From contig NW_021824253.1 in NCBI RefSeq assembly GCF_006345805.1, positions 1 to 19,384 of the forward strand: a DNA stretch of 19,384 bases, read 5' to 3'. The position numbers and the translations under genes were made by a program. The notes beneath the pieces are model-generated. The model had not been told where the DNA came from. It saw only the letters and a list, made by a program, of their open reading frames with translations, and did no database searches. Position 1 is the first letter of the stretch. Every line of letters begins with the position of its first letter. The DNA comes from Octopus sinensis. Its lineage: Eukaryota. Below are positions 1-9,872 of this stretch, piece by piece.

Positions 1-121
1 ATTGTGAAGAGATTAAGAATGATATTGAGTACTTTTTACTGCGAAACCTGAAGCATTTTAAGTTAGAGGGATCAAGAATTTGCCAAATAGTTGGGATTAT
101 GTTATCAACGTTGAGAGGAAA

Positions 122-582
122 TAAAGCGATGAGCTGGCAGAACCGTTAGCACGCCGGGCAAAATGTTTAGCGGTATTTCGTCTGTCTTTATGTAAGGCGG
201 CGAGCTGGCAGAAATGTTAGCAAGCCGGGAGAAATGCTTAGCAGTATTTCGTCTGCCGCTACGTTCTGAGTTCAAATTCCGCCGAGGTTGACTTAGCCTT
301 TCATCCTTTCGGAGTCAATTAAATAAGTACCACTTACGCACTGGAGTCGATATAATAGACTTAATCCGTTTGCCTGTCCTCTCTGTGTTTAGCCCTTTGT
401 GGGTAGTAAAGAAATAGGTATTTCGTTTGTCTTTACGTTCTGAGTTCAAATTCCGCCGAAGTCGACTTTACCTTTCATCTTTTTCGGGGTCGATTAAATA
501 AGTACCAGCAGAGCACCAGGACCGATGTAGTTGACTTATCCCCACTCCCAAAATTGCAGCCTTGTTCCTAAATTTGAAATCA
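122..582 (+). mobile_element. Old SINE-A copy (tRNA-derived; host parts 122-192 and 418-582) interrupted by a younger SINE-A insertion
   Basis: A-box-like GAGCTGGCAGAA, B-box GAGTTCAAATTCC, central GCCTTTCATCCTTTCGGGGTCGATAAA-type domain, old-type tail CCCAAAATTGCAGCCTTGTTCCTAAATTTGAAATC. Duplicated 20-mer at 173-192 and 418-437. Confidence 0.85.
193..417 (+). mobile_element. Young SINE-A, full length, nested in an older copy
   Basis: Starts TAAGGCGGCGAGCTGGCAG and ends GGGTAGTAAAGAAATAG. Flanked by GTATTTCGTCTGTCTTTATG / GTATTTCGTTTGTCTTTACG (18/20 identical; TSD). Confidence 0.85.
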
Positions 583-596
583 GTAATAAGGGGGAA

Positions 597-735
597 TATG
601 GCGGCAGGCTGAGAAAATAGTCAGCATGAGAGCAAAAATGCTTAGCGGCCTATCGACCATCATTATGTTCTGAGTTCAAATTCCCCCGAGGTCCAGTTTG
701 CTTTTATCCCTTTAGGGATGAATGAATAGGTAGCA
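597..735 (+). mobile_element. Degenerate SINE-A (head and part of core)
   Basis: GGCGGCAGGCTGAGAAAATAGTCAGC...ATGCTTAGCGG...GTTCTGAGTTCAAATTCCCCCGAGGTC aligns by eye with the other SINE-A copies. Confidence 0.7.
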
Positions 736-856
736 CAGAAAAACTTAAAACTCATCGTCAAAACCGACGAAGATCCTCATTTTCTTATATTATAATGAAG
801 ACAACACAGTAACTCACAATAGCCAAGAATTAAGTTCCCTACAATATATACATATA

Positions 857-1234
857 CTCTTTCTTTTACTTGTTTCCGTCATTTGACTGCGGCCATGCTG
901 AAGCACCGCCTTTAATCGAGCAACTCGTCCCCGGGACTTATTCTTTGTAAGCCCAGTACTTATTCTATCGGTTTCTTTTTGCCGAACTGCTAAGTGACGG
1001 GGACATAAATACACCAGCATCGGTTGTCAAGCAATGCTAGGGGGACAAACACGGACACACAAACACACACACACATATATATACATATATACGACGGGCT
1101 TCTTTCAGTTTCCGTCTACCAAATCCACTCACAAGGCTTTGGTCGACACTTGCCCAACATGCCACGCAGTGGGACTGAGCCCAGAACCATATGATTGGTA
1201 AGCAAGCTACTAACCACACAGCCACTCCTGCGCC
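857..1234 (-). mobile_element. SINE-B (tRNA head, CORE-like CCTTGGGCAAGT region, internal microsatellite, ~200 bp 3' module)
   Basis: Reverse complement matches the + copy at 7403-7812 along its whole length, with a small deletion near 1145. ORFs 814-1020 and 1037-1225 are by-products of this repeat. Confidence 0.88.
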
Positions 1235-1272
1235 ACACTGGTGGACATTTTTAATTATCTTGCTCTTAAAGC

Positions 1273-1360
1273 TAAGTAGCAGTTGAGTACTGAGGTCGAT
1301 GTAATCGACTTACATTCGATACCGAAATTGCTGACTTTGTGCTAAAGTTTGAAATCAATA
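1273..1360 (+). mobile_element. SINE-A 3' fragment (old-type tail)
   Basis: TAAGTAGCAGTTGAGTACTGAGGTCGATGTAATCGACTTA...AAATTGCTGACTTTGTGCTAAAGTTTGAAATCAATA. Confidence 0.7.
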
Positions 1361-1829
1361 CTGTGGAGAAATATTATCTTGATTAAAGATATGAACGAAG
1401 ACCAAATAAGCATTTGCTTCTTTCCCCATCTTCAAATATGATAGAGCTTTCTTTTCAATCTAATATGTCTCAAAACACGGCGGATTGCTGGTTCCTTTCA
1501 ACGGTAACCACATTTAAAATGGTCATGATTTCAATTAAACAGAGAGCGAAGAAGTGGTTGCTAAAGTATGATTCGAAATTTACATTGAAAGATATTCCAG
1601 TATTTTCTACGAATTGGTTTGTATAGTTACAATTGAAGAAATTTATGAAATAATAAATAATTCTTTCATTGCATATTTCTGCCCATTACCGCTACGAATA
1701 AACAACCATTAATATACATAAAATATGGCGACTCTCGTCAGGAGTTTCTTTCATATGAGGTTACGAACTAGATTGAAAGCATTCTGTATGTGTATAGAAA
1801 ATACATCGCCGTCTCCAGTTCATTGCAAC

Positions 1830-2211
1830 TCTTTCTTCCCTTCTGTACACATACATGCACACATACACACAAACACATGTACATACATGCATTCACACAA
1901 ATACACACACGCACACATATATATATGTATACATGCACATGTGGTTGTGTGCTCTAGGTGTATAAGTGTGTTTATGTACAATTAGGACGTTATTGTTTGT
2001 GGGAAGAATCGTGTATATATAAATACACAGACAGCTACGCACATATATTCAGACATTCATACACACACAAACACACACAGACACACTCGCACACACGCAC
2101 TTATAAACACTTGTGTGTGTGTGTATTGGTGCGTATAATATGTACATATTGTGTATGATATATAATATATATAATATATATATATATATATACATATGCA
2201 CACACATGTAA

Positions 2212-2242
<31 letters not shown>

Positions 2243-2400
2243 CGAACACGCACAAGTCACAGTAACAGATCAACCTCTCACACATCGACATACATTCACA
2301 CACACACACGCATACACACAAGCACACACAAGCACGTACACTAATATACGCAGGAATCACACATACGAACACACACACTCACACAACACACACACAAACT
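1830..2400. repeat. Compound (CA)n/(TA)n/(TG)n microsatellite region
   Basis: Dinucleotide runs visible directly; the overlapping ORFs are HTHT/VCVC/YIYI artefacts. Confidence 0.9.
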
Positions 2401-3134
2401 TGTAATCGCTCCCACAACACACAACACAACCAGAACAAGTCGATCTCATATTTCCTCTTCCTACGGTAACCATAGCAACCAAACCTCCCACACAATAGAT
2501 ACCATGCGTCTACATCAACCTCTATATCTATATCTATATCTATATCAAATATTATCCCTGCATCTGCTTCCATACCGGTACTTAACGAAAATTAAAAGAG
2601 CATTTCCGATAATCCCTTACATTTTTGATTAATGCAACTTTACATTAATGCAATCTTCACAATCATTCCAAGGTTTTACGAGTCCACGAATCCAGGAGTC
2701 CATTTAGGCAGCGAAGTCTTCCGAAAGAAAAGCCAGCCGCTGCTACGATTATCGTTTTCGTAAACAAACGTCTGTGTACTTAAAGTATATAATACGTAAC
2801 CTGAAGCATTTGTCAGACATCATGTAACCAGCAAATGTTAATATATTTTCCAAGCTAACGGCGGAATTATGAAAAATTCACTGTTATTCTTATCATGCTC
2901 ACTTAAATAATTAAATTTTCACCCAAAGATAATAATCTTTATATATTGTATAGTGGTTGATCGGTTTCTAGGCTTTATCGTTAATATTCAACCTGATAAG
3001 CACGACATATATGTATTTGCTATAATTCACCGTTGATAAACGAAAGTATTATCTTAAAAGCTGATTTCCAATTCATGTAAATTACAGAAATTTTCGTTAT
3101 TAACTCCGGTGAGTTTAATCAAACTTATACGTTT

Positions 3135-3303
3135 ATGCATGCATGTGTGCAAGCATGTATGTATGTATGTATGTATGTATGTTCGTATGTATGTGTGTAT
3201 GTATATATACATATACATATGTATAAATTGATATATATATATATATACACACACACATATATACATATATACATTCATATTCATATATATGAATATATAT
3301 ATT

Positions 3304-3344
<41 letters not shown>

Positions 3345-3643
3345 AAATATATACATACTTATGTATACATATACATATGCATCCATCCTTCTTACATGTA
3401 TTTCATAAATACATACATACACACACCACACACACATATATATATGTGCGCATATTTATACACATACATATTCATATATATATATATATATATATTTTAT
3501 ATATGTATATATACATATATATTTTATATATATAAACTTAGATACATATATATATAAACCTACACATACACACGAATGCACACAGACGCACCACACACAC
3601 ACGCACACACACACACATAAATATACATATATATATGAATTTG

Positions 3644-3675
<32 letters not shown>

Positions 3676-3700
3676 CGCTTACACATGTATATATTGTATG
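3135..3700. repeat. Compound (TATG)n/(TA)n/(CA)n microsatellite block
   Basis: Seen directly in the sequence. Confidence 0.9.
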
Positions 3701-3929
3701 AATTCACCGTACAAATCTGATGTATTAAGATATTTCATTAGACTGATTGAATTAATCATGAAAATTCTACAAATTACATGAATTGGAATCCACTTTTACG
3801 GTACGAACAATTACTAAAGCTTCGAACAGATTACTCTTCCCATGTTAGCGCTTAGCTTATAAACCCTCCGAATTGTGATGACAAAATCACAACTGCAATC
3901 CGTCAAGTAGACCTTAAAGCCGGACTAAA

Positions 3930-4075
3930 GGGTTTAGTCAACTATATAGGAATTAACGGTATATTTTGCTGAACCGCTATTTACGAGGACGAAATCAAAC
4001 CAATGCCGATTGTCAGTGAAGCAGTGGCGGGAAGAAACACAAACATAAAGACACACACATACTAACACACGTACA
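3930..4075 (-). mobile_element. Highly decayed SINE-B 3' module
   Basis: TATTTTGCTGAACCGCTATTTACGAGGACGAAATCAAACCAATGCCGATTGTCA resembles 975-1030 (TTTTGCCGAACTGCTAAGTGACGGGGACATAAATACACCAGCATCGGTTGTCA). Confidence 0.6.
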
Positions 4076-4165
4076 CATACACACATACATACACACACGT
4101 ATATACACAACCATGCATGCACATAAACATACACACATATATATACATATAGATGGGCTTACTTT

Positions 4166-4224
4166 CCACATGGTTCCGGGGTAAGTCCTAGCGCGTAGAT
4201 CCTGGACAGGTGTCTTCTATAATA
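4166..4224 (+). mobile_element. Decayed SINE-B head fragment
   Basis: CCACATGGTTCCGGG...GTGTCTTCTATAATA resembles 19091-19150. Confidence 0.5.
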
Positions 4225-4239
4225 AATTGTATAAATTGA

Positions 4240-4387
4240 CATATATATATATATATATATCTATATATATATATATATTGTATATATATATATATATATA
4301 ATATATATATATACATATAAATACTTATGTATATAAATATATATGTATATATACTTATGTATGTATGTATATATTCATACTATAATA

Positions 4388-4443
<56 letters not shown>

Positions 4444-4468
4444 TTATGTTTAAATATATATGTATATA
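4240..4468. repeat. (TA)n-rich microsatellite
   Basis: Seen directly in the sequence. Confidence 0.9.
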
Positions 4469-4784
4469 CGACCTTAAAGCCGGACTAAATACTCATGTTG
4501 CTATTCCGGCGCCTTCCTCTAGTGTGGCCTGGTTGCTCTGTGGAAACCGATAGAGACTCAGTGACATTTTATGCCTCTTTGGCGAAATGCCACAAAAACT
4601 ATGTGGTCCTGTGTTTTAAAGATGAGTGAGGGCGACAGCTAGGGTATAATAAATGCGGAGCTACATTTCTCAATATTATACCAGCTTCTGTTGAGAGGTG
4701 AGGGCCTTTATCATTGTGTTGCGAGTTTTTTGGTGACCATAGTAGTCCTAGCTTCACGAAAAATAAAGCAGACTGCAAAACCCT

Positions 4785-4970
4785 GTAAATTCGTTGGCGT
4801 CAGGAAGAGCATCGAGTCGTAGAAACAACTATCAAATGTGACAGTGTAGATTGGTACCATCCTCTGTTTTCGTTCTCCACCCCCAGTGTCGAACCATTCA
4901 AGCATAGAGAATGAACCCTTGAACGGTGTACGTGATGATCGTGATAATGATGATGATAATGATGATGAAG
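4785..4970 (+). mobile_element. Decayed 3' part of another retroposon (SINE-C) ending in a (GAT)n tail
   Basis: TTGGCGTCAGGAAGAGCATCGAGTCGTAGAAAC resembles a motif I recall from mollusc SINEs (GGCGTCAGGAAGGGCATCCAGCCGTAGAAAC), followed by an imperfect (GAT)n tail at 4932-4967. Single copy in the window; not database-checked. Confidence 0.5.
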
Positions 4971-5094
4971 ACGCCTAAAGGATGAAAGGCAAAGTCCACC
5001 TCAGCAGAATTCATTGGACATTAATATACAAAGACTCATAATCAAATAGCATCATACTTCCAATGTCACAATAAAAACTACAAAATGAGGTACT

Positions 5095-5415
5095 GAAATA
5101 AATACCAGTTATGCACTGGGGTGTTGGTAATCGACTTATCACCATCTCCGAAATTTCTGGCCTTGTTTCCAAATTTAAAAAGATCCTTATTATGAGTCAG
5201 TTTAAAGTGGTGCGCTGGAAAAATCGTTAGAATGCCGGTATTTCGTCCGTCTGTACGAAACACCGGTATTTCTTTATTTCAAATTCTGCCGATTTCCACT
5301 TTGCCTTTTATTGTTTCGGGGTCGATAAATTAAGTACCAGTTAGTTAAGCACTGGAGTCGATGTAATCAACTTACTCCTGAAATTGCCGACATAGTGCTA
5401 AGATTTGGAAGCATT
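5095..5415 (+). mobile_element. Two head-to-tail decayed SINE-A copies (3' fragment 5095-5185; near-full copy 5197-5415)
   Basis: TACCAGTTATGCACTGGGG...AATCGACTTATC...GGCCTTGTTTCCAAATTT, then GGTATTTCGTCCGTC...TCAAATTCTGCCG...TTTCGGGGTCGATAAATTAAGTACCAG. Confidence 0.7.
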
Positions 5416-5594
5416 ATTAGGAGTTAATTTGTTAGGTAATTAATCAGATATTTAACTAATTATTTTCTTGACAAAACGATTGAGCAAATAACCAGTCGGT
5501 TTGTCTGTGTGCCTTTGTCGCCATTTTGAGACCAAGACACTGACGTTTGCTTCGTGTCTGTCTTCATCATATATTCATATATTCATTGTAAAAA

Positions 5595-5676
5595 TTAGTT
5601 TCAAATTTTAGTACAAGGCCAGTAAGTTTGGGGCGATGGATAGGTTGATTACATCGACCCCAGTGCACACCTGGTA
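5595..5676 (-). mobile_element. SINE-A 3' fragment, cut off by the microsatellite/LINE insertion
   Basis: TTTCAAATTTTAGTACAAGGCCAG...GATTACATCGACCCCAGTGCACACCTGGTA is the reverse complement of the old SINE-A tail. Confidence 0.7.
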
Positions 5677-5682
5677 TTATCT

Positions 5683-5778
<96 letters not shown>
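5677..5778. repeat. (ATCA)n(ATCT)n tetranucleotide microsatellite
   Basis: Seen directly in the sequence. Confidence 0.95.
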
Positions 5779-5781
<3 letters not shown>

Positions 5782-6507
5782 CTTCAAACGGGAAGGAAGA
5801 ACTATTTTCATCATCCTTGTGGCTATGGCGAAAGAATGTATCTGGTGGACACGTCTGAAAGGATTGGAGACAAACACTTTCCTCTCTGGTCAATCTCTCA
5901 TCAACTTCTTCAAGTACCACTTGAAAAGGAAAGTGAGAGTAGAGAGGCAAGTTTTGTCTAGCGAATGTTTAAAAAAAAGATGGGTGAATGTAGCAAGGAT
6001 GGCACGTATGAATGACGAAGCCACCTTGAGCATAATCCTATGAACCCAGAAATTGAAAACAGAGGGTTACCCACTTGCAAACAAATGTGGTAACATATAA
6101 CAATATTGACCAAGGTTACCGTGGTCCTTTTCGTAGGCTTTTCTTCCCACGGATAAACCTTACTTGCTTTCCCCTTTACACCATATATCATAACACTGTG
6201 ATATACTATCCCTATTGATCTTTCTTTTTTCCTCTTCCCCTTTTTTCCCCTTTATTCTTCTTTTTTCATTTCTCTTTTCTTTTGTTCCTTTTCCTTTTCT
6301 TTTTTTTTCTTTTTCTTTTTTCTTTTTTCTTTTATTTATTTATTTATTTTGTTCTTTTCTTCTCTTTTACGATCCCTCTTGATCGAAAACCTACGCCACC
6401 CCCTTTTTTTGTTTCTTTTGTTTTTTGTTTTTTCATCCCCCAAAAGAAAAGCTCTACCTTGTAACTTGTCCCATCTGTGTGCAGCCCTGTGTGGCCAATA
6501 AAGAAAC
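5779..6507 (+). mobile_element. 5'-truncated non-LTR retrotransposon (Tx1/L1-like): ORF2 C-terminus (to stop at 6043) plus 3' UTR with pyrimidine tract and AATAAA
   Basis: Open frame FKREGRTIFIILVAMAKECIWWTRLKG...LINFFKYHLKRKVRVERQVLSSECLKKRWVNVARM fits the A-K-x-x-I-W-x-x-R...F...L...E...W pattern of L1/Tx1 ORF2 C-termini. AATAAA at 6497-6502, followed by simple repeats. Clade assignment is from memory of the motif. Confidence 0.72.
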
Positions 6508-6563
6508 TTATCTACCAACCAATCTACCTACCCACCTACGTACGTACGTACGTACGTACGTAC

Positions 6564-6646
<83 letters not shown>

Positions 6647-6675
6647 CCTATCTATCTATCTAGCTAGCTAGCTAT
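6508..6675. repeat. (CTAC)/(TACG)n/(TATC)n/(TAGC)n compound tetranucleotide microsatellite
   Basis: Seen directly in the sequence. Confidence 0.95.
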
Positions 6676-6677
6676 TT

Positions 6678-6800
6678 ATATACGTCAGGCTTCTTTCAGT
6701 TTTCGCCTATCAAATCCAATCAGAAGGATTTGGTAGGGCTCAATCTTTAACCACGTGATTGGTGAACAATCTTGTTCCCACATGACCACCCCTGCACCTC
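6678..6800 (-). mobile_element. Decayed, internally deleted SINE-B head
   Basis: ATACGTCAGGCTTCTTTCAGTTTTCGCCTATCAAATCC...AACCACGTGATTGGT...ACCACCCCTGCACC parallels 1090-1234. Confidence 0.65.
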
Positions 6801-7402
6801 TATGTTTTGTTTAAGTCGCTTACTTCCAATTGAATTCGTTCTCTTTGCTTATGTATAGGCATTCAGTATCTCACGTAAATAACAACTTGGACGATAGCAA
6901 AAATATCACCACACAGTTTATGAAATTATTCAGATAACATCACTAAAATCGAAACCATGTTTTGTGCTAAAAAGAAGGAAGTGGTGGTATATATATATAG
7001 TTCAGCAGGTGAATATGTTATTTATTTTATAGATTTCTCGTGATTATCATATAATGTATGATACATATACGAAGAACGACTGTTGCGTTCAATGAGGACA
7101 ACAAGTCGGAGAGACAAAATACTAGAACGAACTCTTGAATACAATCAAATCAACAGGGAATAACAAAATAAGAGAACCTATTTATTATGGCGTGCGTATT
7201 TTAATAAATATTATACATACAATACATACAGACACACACTCGCATACACACACAGATACATACTGCAAAATATCTATGATAAATATCTGTGATAAAATTA
7301 TGATTTCAAGACGAACTTTTAAATACAAAGTAAAATGAAAGAAGATAAACGTGCGCAGAAATAAGCTCGATTTGCGACGAAATGGTTACGGTTTCTGACC
7401 CA

Positions 7403-7812
7403 GGCGCAGAAGTGGCTGTGTGGTAAGTAGCTTGTTTACCAACCATATGGTTCCGGGTTCAGTCCCACTGCGTGGCAACTTGGGCAAGTGTCTTGTGCTA
7501 TAGCCTCGGGCCGACCAAAGCCTTGTTAGTGGATTTAGTAGACGGAAACTGAAAGAAGCCCGTCGTATATATGTATATATATGTGTGTGTGTGTGTGTGT
7601 GTTTGTGTGTCTGTGTTTGTCCCCCCAACATTGTTTGACAACCGATGCTGGTGTGTTTATGTCCCCGTTACTTAGCGGTTCGGCAAAAGAGACCGATAGA
7701 ACAAGTACTGGGCTTACAAAAGAATAAGTCCCGGGGTCGAGTTGCTCGATTAAAGGCGGTGCTCCAGCATGGCCGCAGTCAAATGACTGAAGCAAGTAAA
7801 AGAGTAAAGAGT
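7403..7812 (+). mobile_element. SINE-B, full length
   Basis: GGCGCAGAAGTGGCTGTGTGGTAAG (A-box-like), GGGTTCAGTCCC (B-box-like), CORE-like CTTGGGCAAGTG, internal (TA)/(TG) repeat, 3' module ending AAGTAAAAGAGTAAAGAG. Confidence 0.9.
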
Positions 7813-8070
7813 ACGTGTCACACTGAGCAAGTGGGCAAAGGAGAAAAGAAGTCTTGTTTTATCATACCAATGCTCCAGCACATGTGTTTGGTTTCAATGG
7901 ATGGTGAGCATGGCTATGGCCTTGAACTAGTTGATCGCCCTCCATGTTCTCCTGATTTCGCCCCATCTGACTCTCATCTTTTCTCCAACATGAAGAAAAC
8001 ACCTGACTGGGAATCAGTATAGCATTGATGATGATGTCATATCTCCCGATGTTGACGTTCTCCACCAACA
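7813..8070 (+). pseudogene. Decayed mariner (Tc1/mariner, irritans/Himar1-like) transposase C-terminal fragment 1
   Basis: With frameshifts reads VLFYHTNAPAH / CLVSMDGEHGYGLELVDRPPCSPDFAPSDSHLFSNMKK / HLTGNQYSIDDDVIS, matching the mariner HQDNAPAH...HPPYSPDLAPSDYHLF motifs that carry catalytic Asp 2 and 3. Confidence 0.88.
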
Positions 8071-8282
8071 TGGGAAAGTGAGCAAAATGACAAAGGTGTC
8101 AAGACAACGTTCCAGCACAGAAGTCTTTGCTTTCAACGGATGGTTGGTGTGCGTGGCTGTGGCCTTGAACTAGTTGCTCACCCTCCCTATCCTCCTGATT
8201 TTGCGCCGCCTGACTATCATCTGTTCTTCTACACCTAAAGACACATGGTCGTGAAGCACTATCGCAGAAATAATGACGTCAT
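8071..8282 (+). pseudogene. Decayed mariner transposase C-terminal fragment 2 (same region as fragment 1)
   Basis: QDNVPAQKSLLSTDG / VRGCGLELVAHPPYPPDFAPPDYHLFFYT*RHMVVKHYRRNNDVI. Confidence 0.88.
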
Positions 8283-9000
8283 AAGGCGGCGAAGCTGGCA
8301 GAACCGTTAGGACGCCGGGCGAAATGCTTAGCAGTATTTCGTCTGCCGTTACGTTCTGATTTCAAATTCCACCGAGGTCGACTTTGCCTTTCATCCTTTC
8401 GGGGTCGATAAATTAAGTACCAGTTACGCACTGGGGTCGATGTAATCGACTTAATACCTATGTCTGTCCTTGTTTGTCCTCTCTGTGTTTAGCCCCTTGT
8501 GGGTAATAAAGAAATAGGTATTTCGTTTGCCGTTACGTTCTGAGTTCATATTCCGCCGAGGCCGACTTTGCCGTCCATCCTTTCGGGGTGGATAAATTAA
8601 GTACTAGTTACACACTGAGGCCAATGTAATCGACTTAATCCGTCTGTCTGTCCTTGTTTGTCTCCTCTGTGTTTAGCCCCTTGTGGGTAGTAAAGAAACA
8701 GGTATTTCGTCTGCGTTCTGAGTTCAAATTCCGCCGAGGTCGACTTTACCTTCCATCCTTTCGGGGTCGATAAATTAAGTACTAGTTACACACTGAGGCC
8801 AATGTAATCGACTTAATCCGTCTGTCTGTCCTTGTTTGTCTCCTCTGTGTTTATCCCCTTGTGGGTAGTAAAGAAATAGGTATTTCGTCTGCGTTCTGAG
8901 TTCAAATTCCGCCGAGGTCGACTTTTCCTTTCATCCTTTCGGGGTGGATAAATTAAGTACTAGTTACACACTGGGGCCACTGTAATCGACTTAATCCGTC
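8282..9000 (+). mobile_element. Tandem array of young SINE-A: full unit 8282-8517, headless units 8518-8701 and 8702-8879, and truncated unit 8880-9000
   Basis: Units of 184 and 178 bp; each junction reads AAAGAAA(T/C)AG|GTATTTCGT. Confidence 0.92.
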
Positions 9001-9090
9001 TAGGATCGACGTCTTCAACTTAAAAATACGAGTCGGTGATCCAACATGGCTGCAGTCCAATAATTGAAAGAAGTAAACGATAAAAGATAT
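9001..9090 (+). mobile_element. Decayed SINE-B-type 3' terminus
   Basis: GGTGATCCAACATGGCTGCAGTCCAATAATTGAAAGAAGTAAACGATAAAAGATA resembles 7759-7810 (GGTGCTCCAGCATGGCCGCAGTCAAATGACTGAAGCAAGTAAAAGAG). Confidence 0.65.
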
Positions 9091-9309
9091 AAATGTCAAG
9101 TAGTAAATCAAACAGTAAACGAATCGTTGATGATTTCTAAAACAATAAAAATATTTTAGTTGCTATAGGAATAGAATCTTCTTAATATGATATTCTGAGG
9201 TATTGTCTTCACGAAAAAATTTGGACTGAATATAAATCCCCATATGTTCACGAAAACCTCGAGAATGAAAAGAAAACTATAAGATGATGCCAAAGCAATG
9301 AAACTAACG

Positions 9310-9730
9310 GAAAGTGTTATATGCTATATGCATAACACACAGCAACACTATATGCAAAAGACAAGTGTTATAAAAGAGCCATATGAGCTAAGAAGAAATA
9401 AAGGACGAGAAGCGATTGGAAATTTTTACTGCAAACACTTTATCAAACGTTCGTAGATTTCTAGAAGAGCTGATATAGTATCAAATATTGAAATAAAGAA
9501 ACTGATTTACTGAAGACCCACTGGAGATAAACCACATTGTACTAAACATAGAAAAAGTATTGATTTACTACAGGCTAATGAAAATACCAGAGAACCTACT
9601 CAATAGAAAGCACACAAGGCTTCGTAATATACAGGTAGTGACGCATCAGAATCAGTCTTGCAATAAATGGAAACTCAAATCAGGTAAAAGTATAAATGGA
9701 AAGGAATATCAAGACATTAAACAGAGATAA
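9310..9730 (+). pseudogene. Possible decayed Penelope-like GIY-YIG endonuclease C-terminal remnant
   Basis: Stop-free frame 9506-9730 contains LNIEKVLIYYRLMKIPENLLNRK, resembling the E..LI......P..LN end of PLE GIY-YIG domains. Upstream VLYAIC..(frameshift)..YMQKT is weakly GIY-YIG-like. Lies ~150 bp upstream of a hammerhead motif. By-eye similarity only. Confidence 0.3.
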
Positions 9731-9872
9731 ACACACAGAGACATATAGGACTAAATGCTTTTCTCTGCTGAAAATGATGACGAAGACCATCGAAGCCAAT
9801 ATTGAATACTCAACAAAATACACGACCGCAAAAAGTACGTTCTTTATTTGATACATGATACAAAATAGATTC

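Noticed and set aside
2621-2800. Possible 180-nt minus-strand exon (TTCAG acceptor at 2801, GTAAGG donor at 2620) over a GC-richer hairpin island
   Set aside because: All three frames contain stops and there is no homology evidence; it could only be a UTR exon, which cannot be supported without RNA data.
45-2811. 14-mer AACCTGAAGCATTT occurring near 45 and near 2798
   Set aside because: Short, with no extension into the flanks; compatible with chance in a 19-kb AT-rich window.
5530-5572. Minus-strand ATGATGA...GAAGC-AAAC-GTC, hammerhead-like
   Set aside because: Core mismatches, no helix II and no helix I pairing.
8282-9000. CRISPR-like or satellite array
   Set aside because: Units are ~180-bp SINE bodies with no unique spacers, in a eukaryotic context.
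9772-9800. ATGATGA-CGAAGACCATCG-AAGC, hammerhead-like
   Set aside because: Lacks C3, GAAA and helices I and III.
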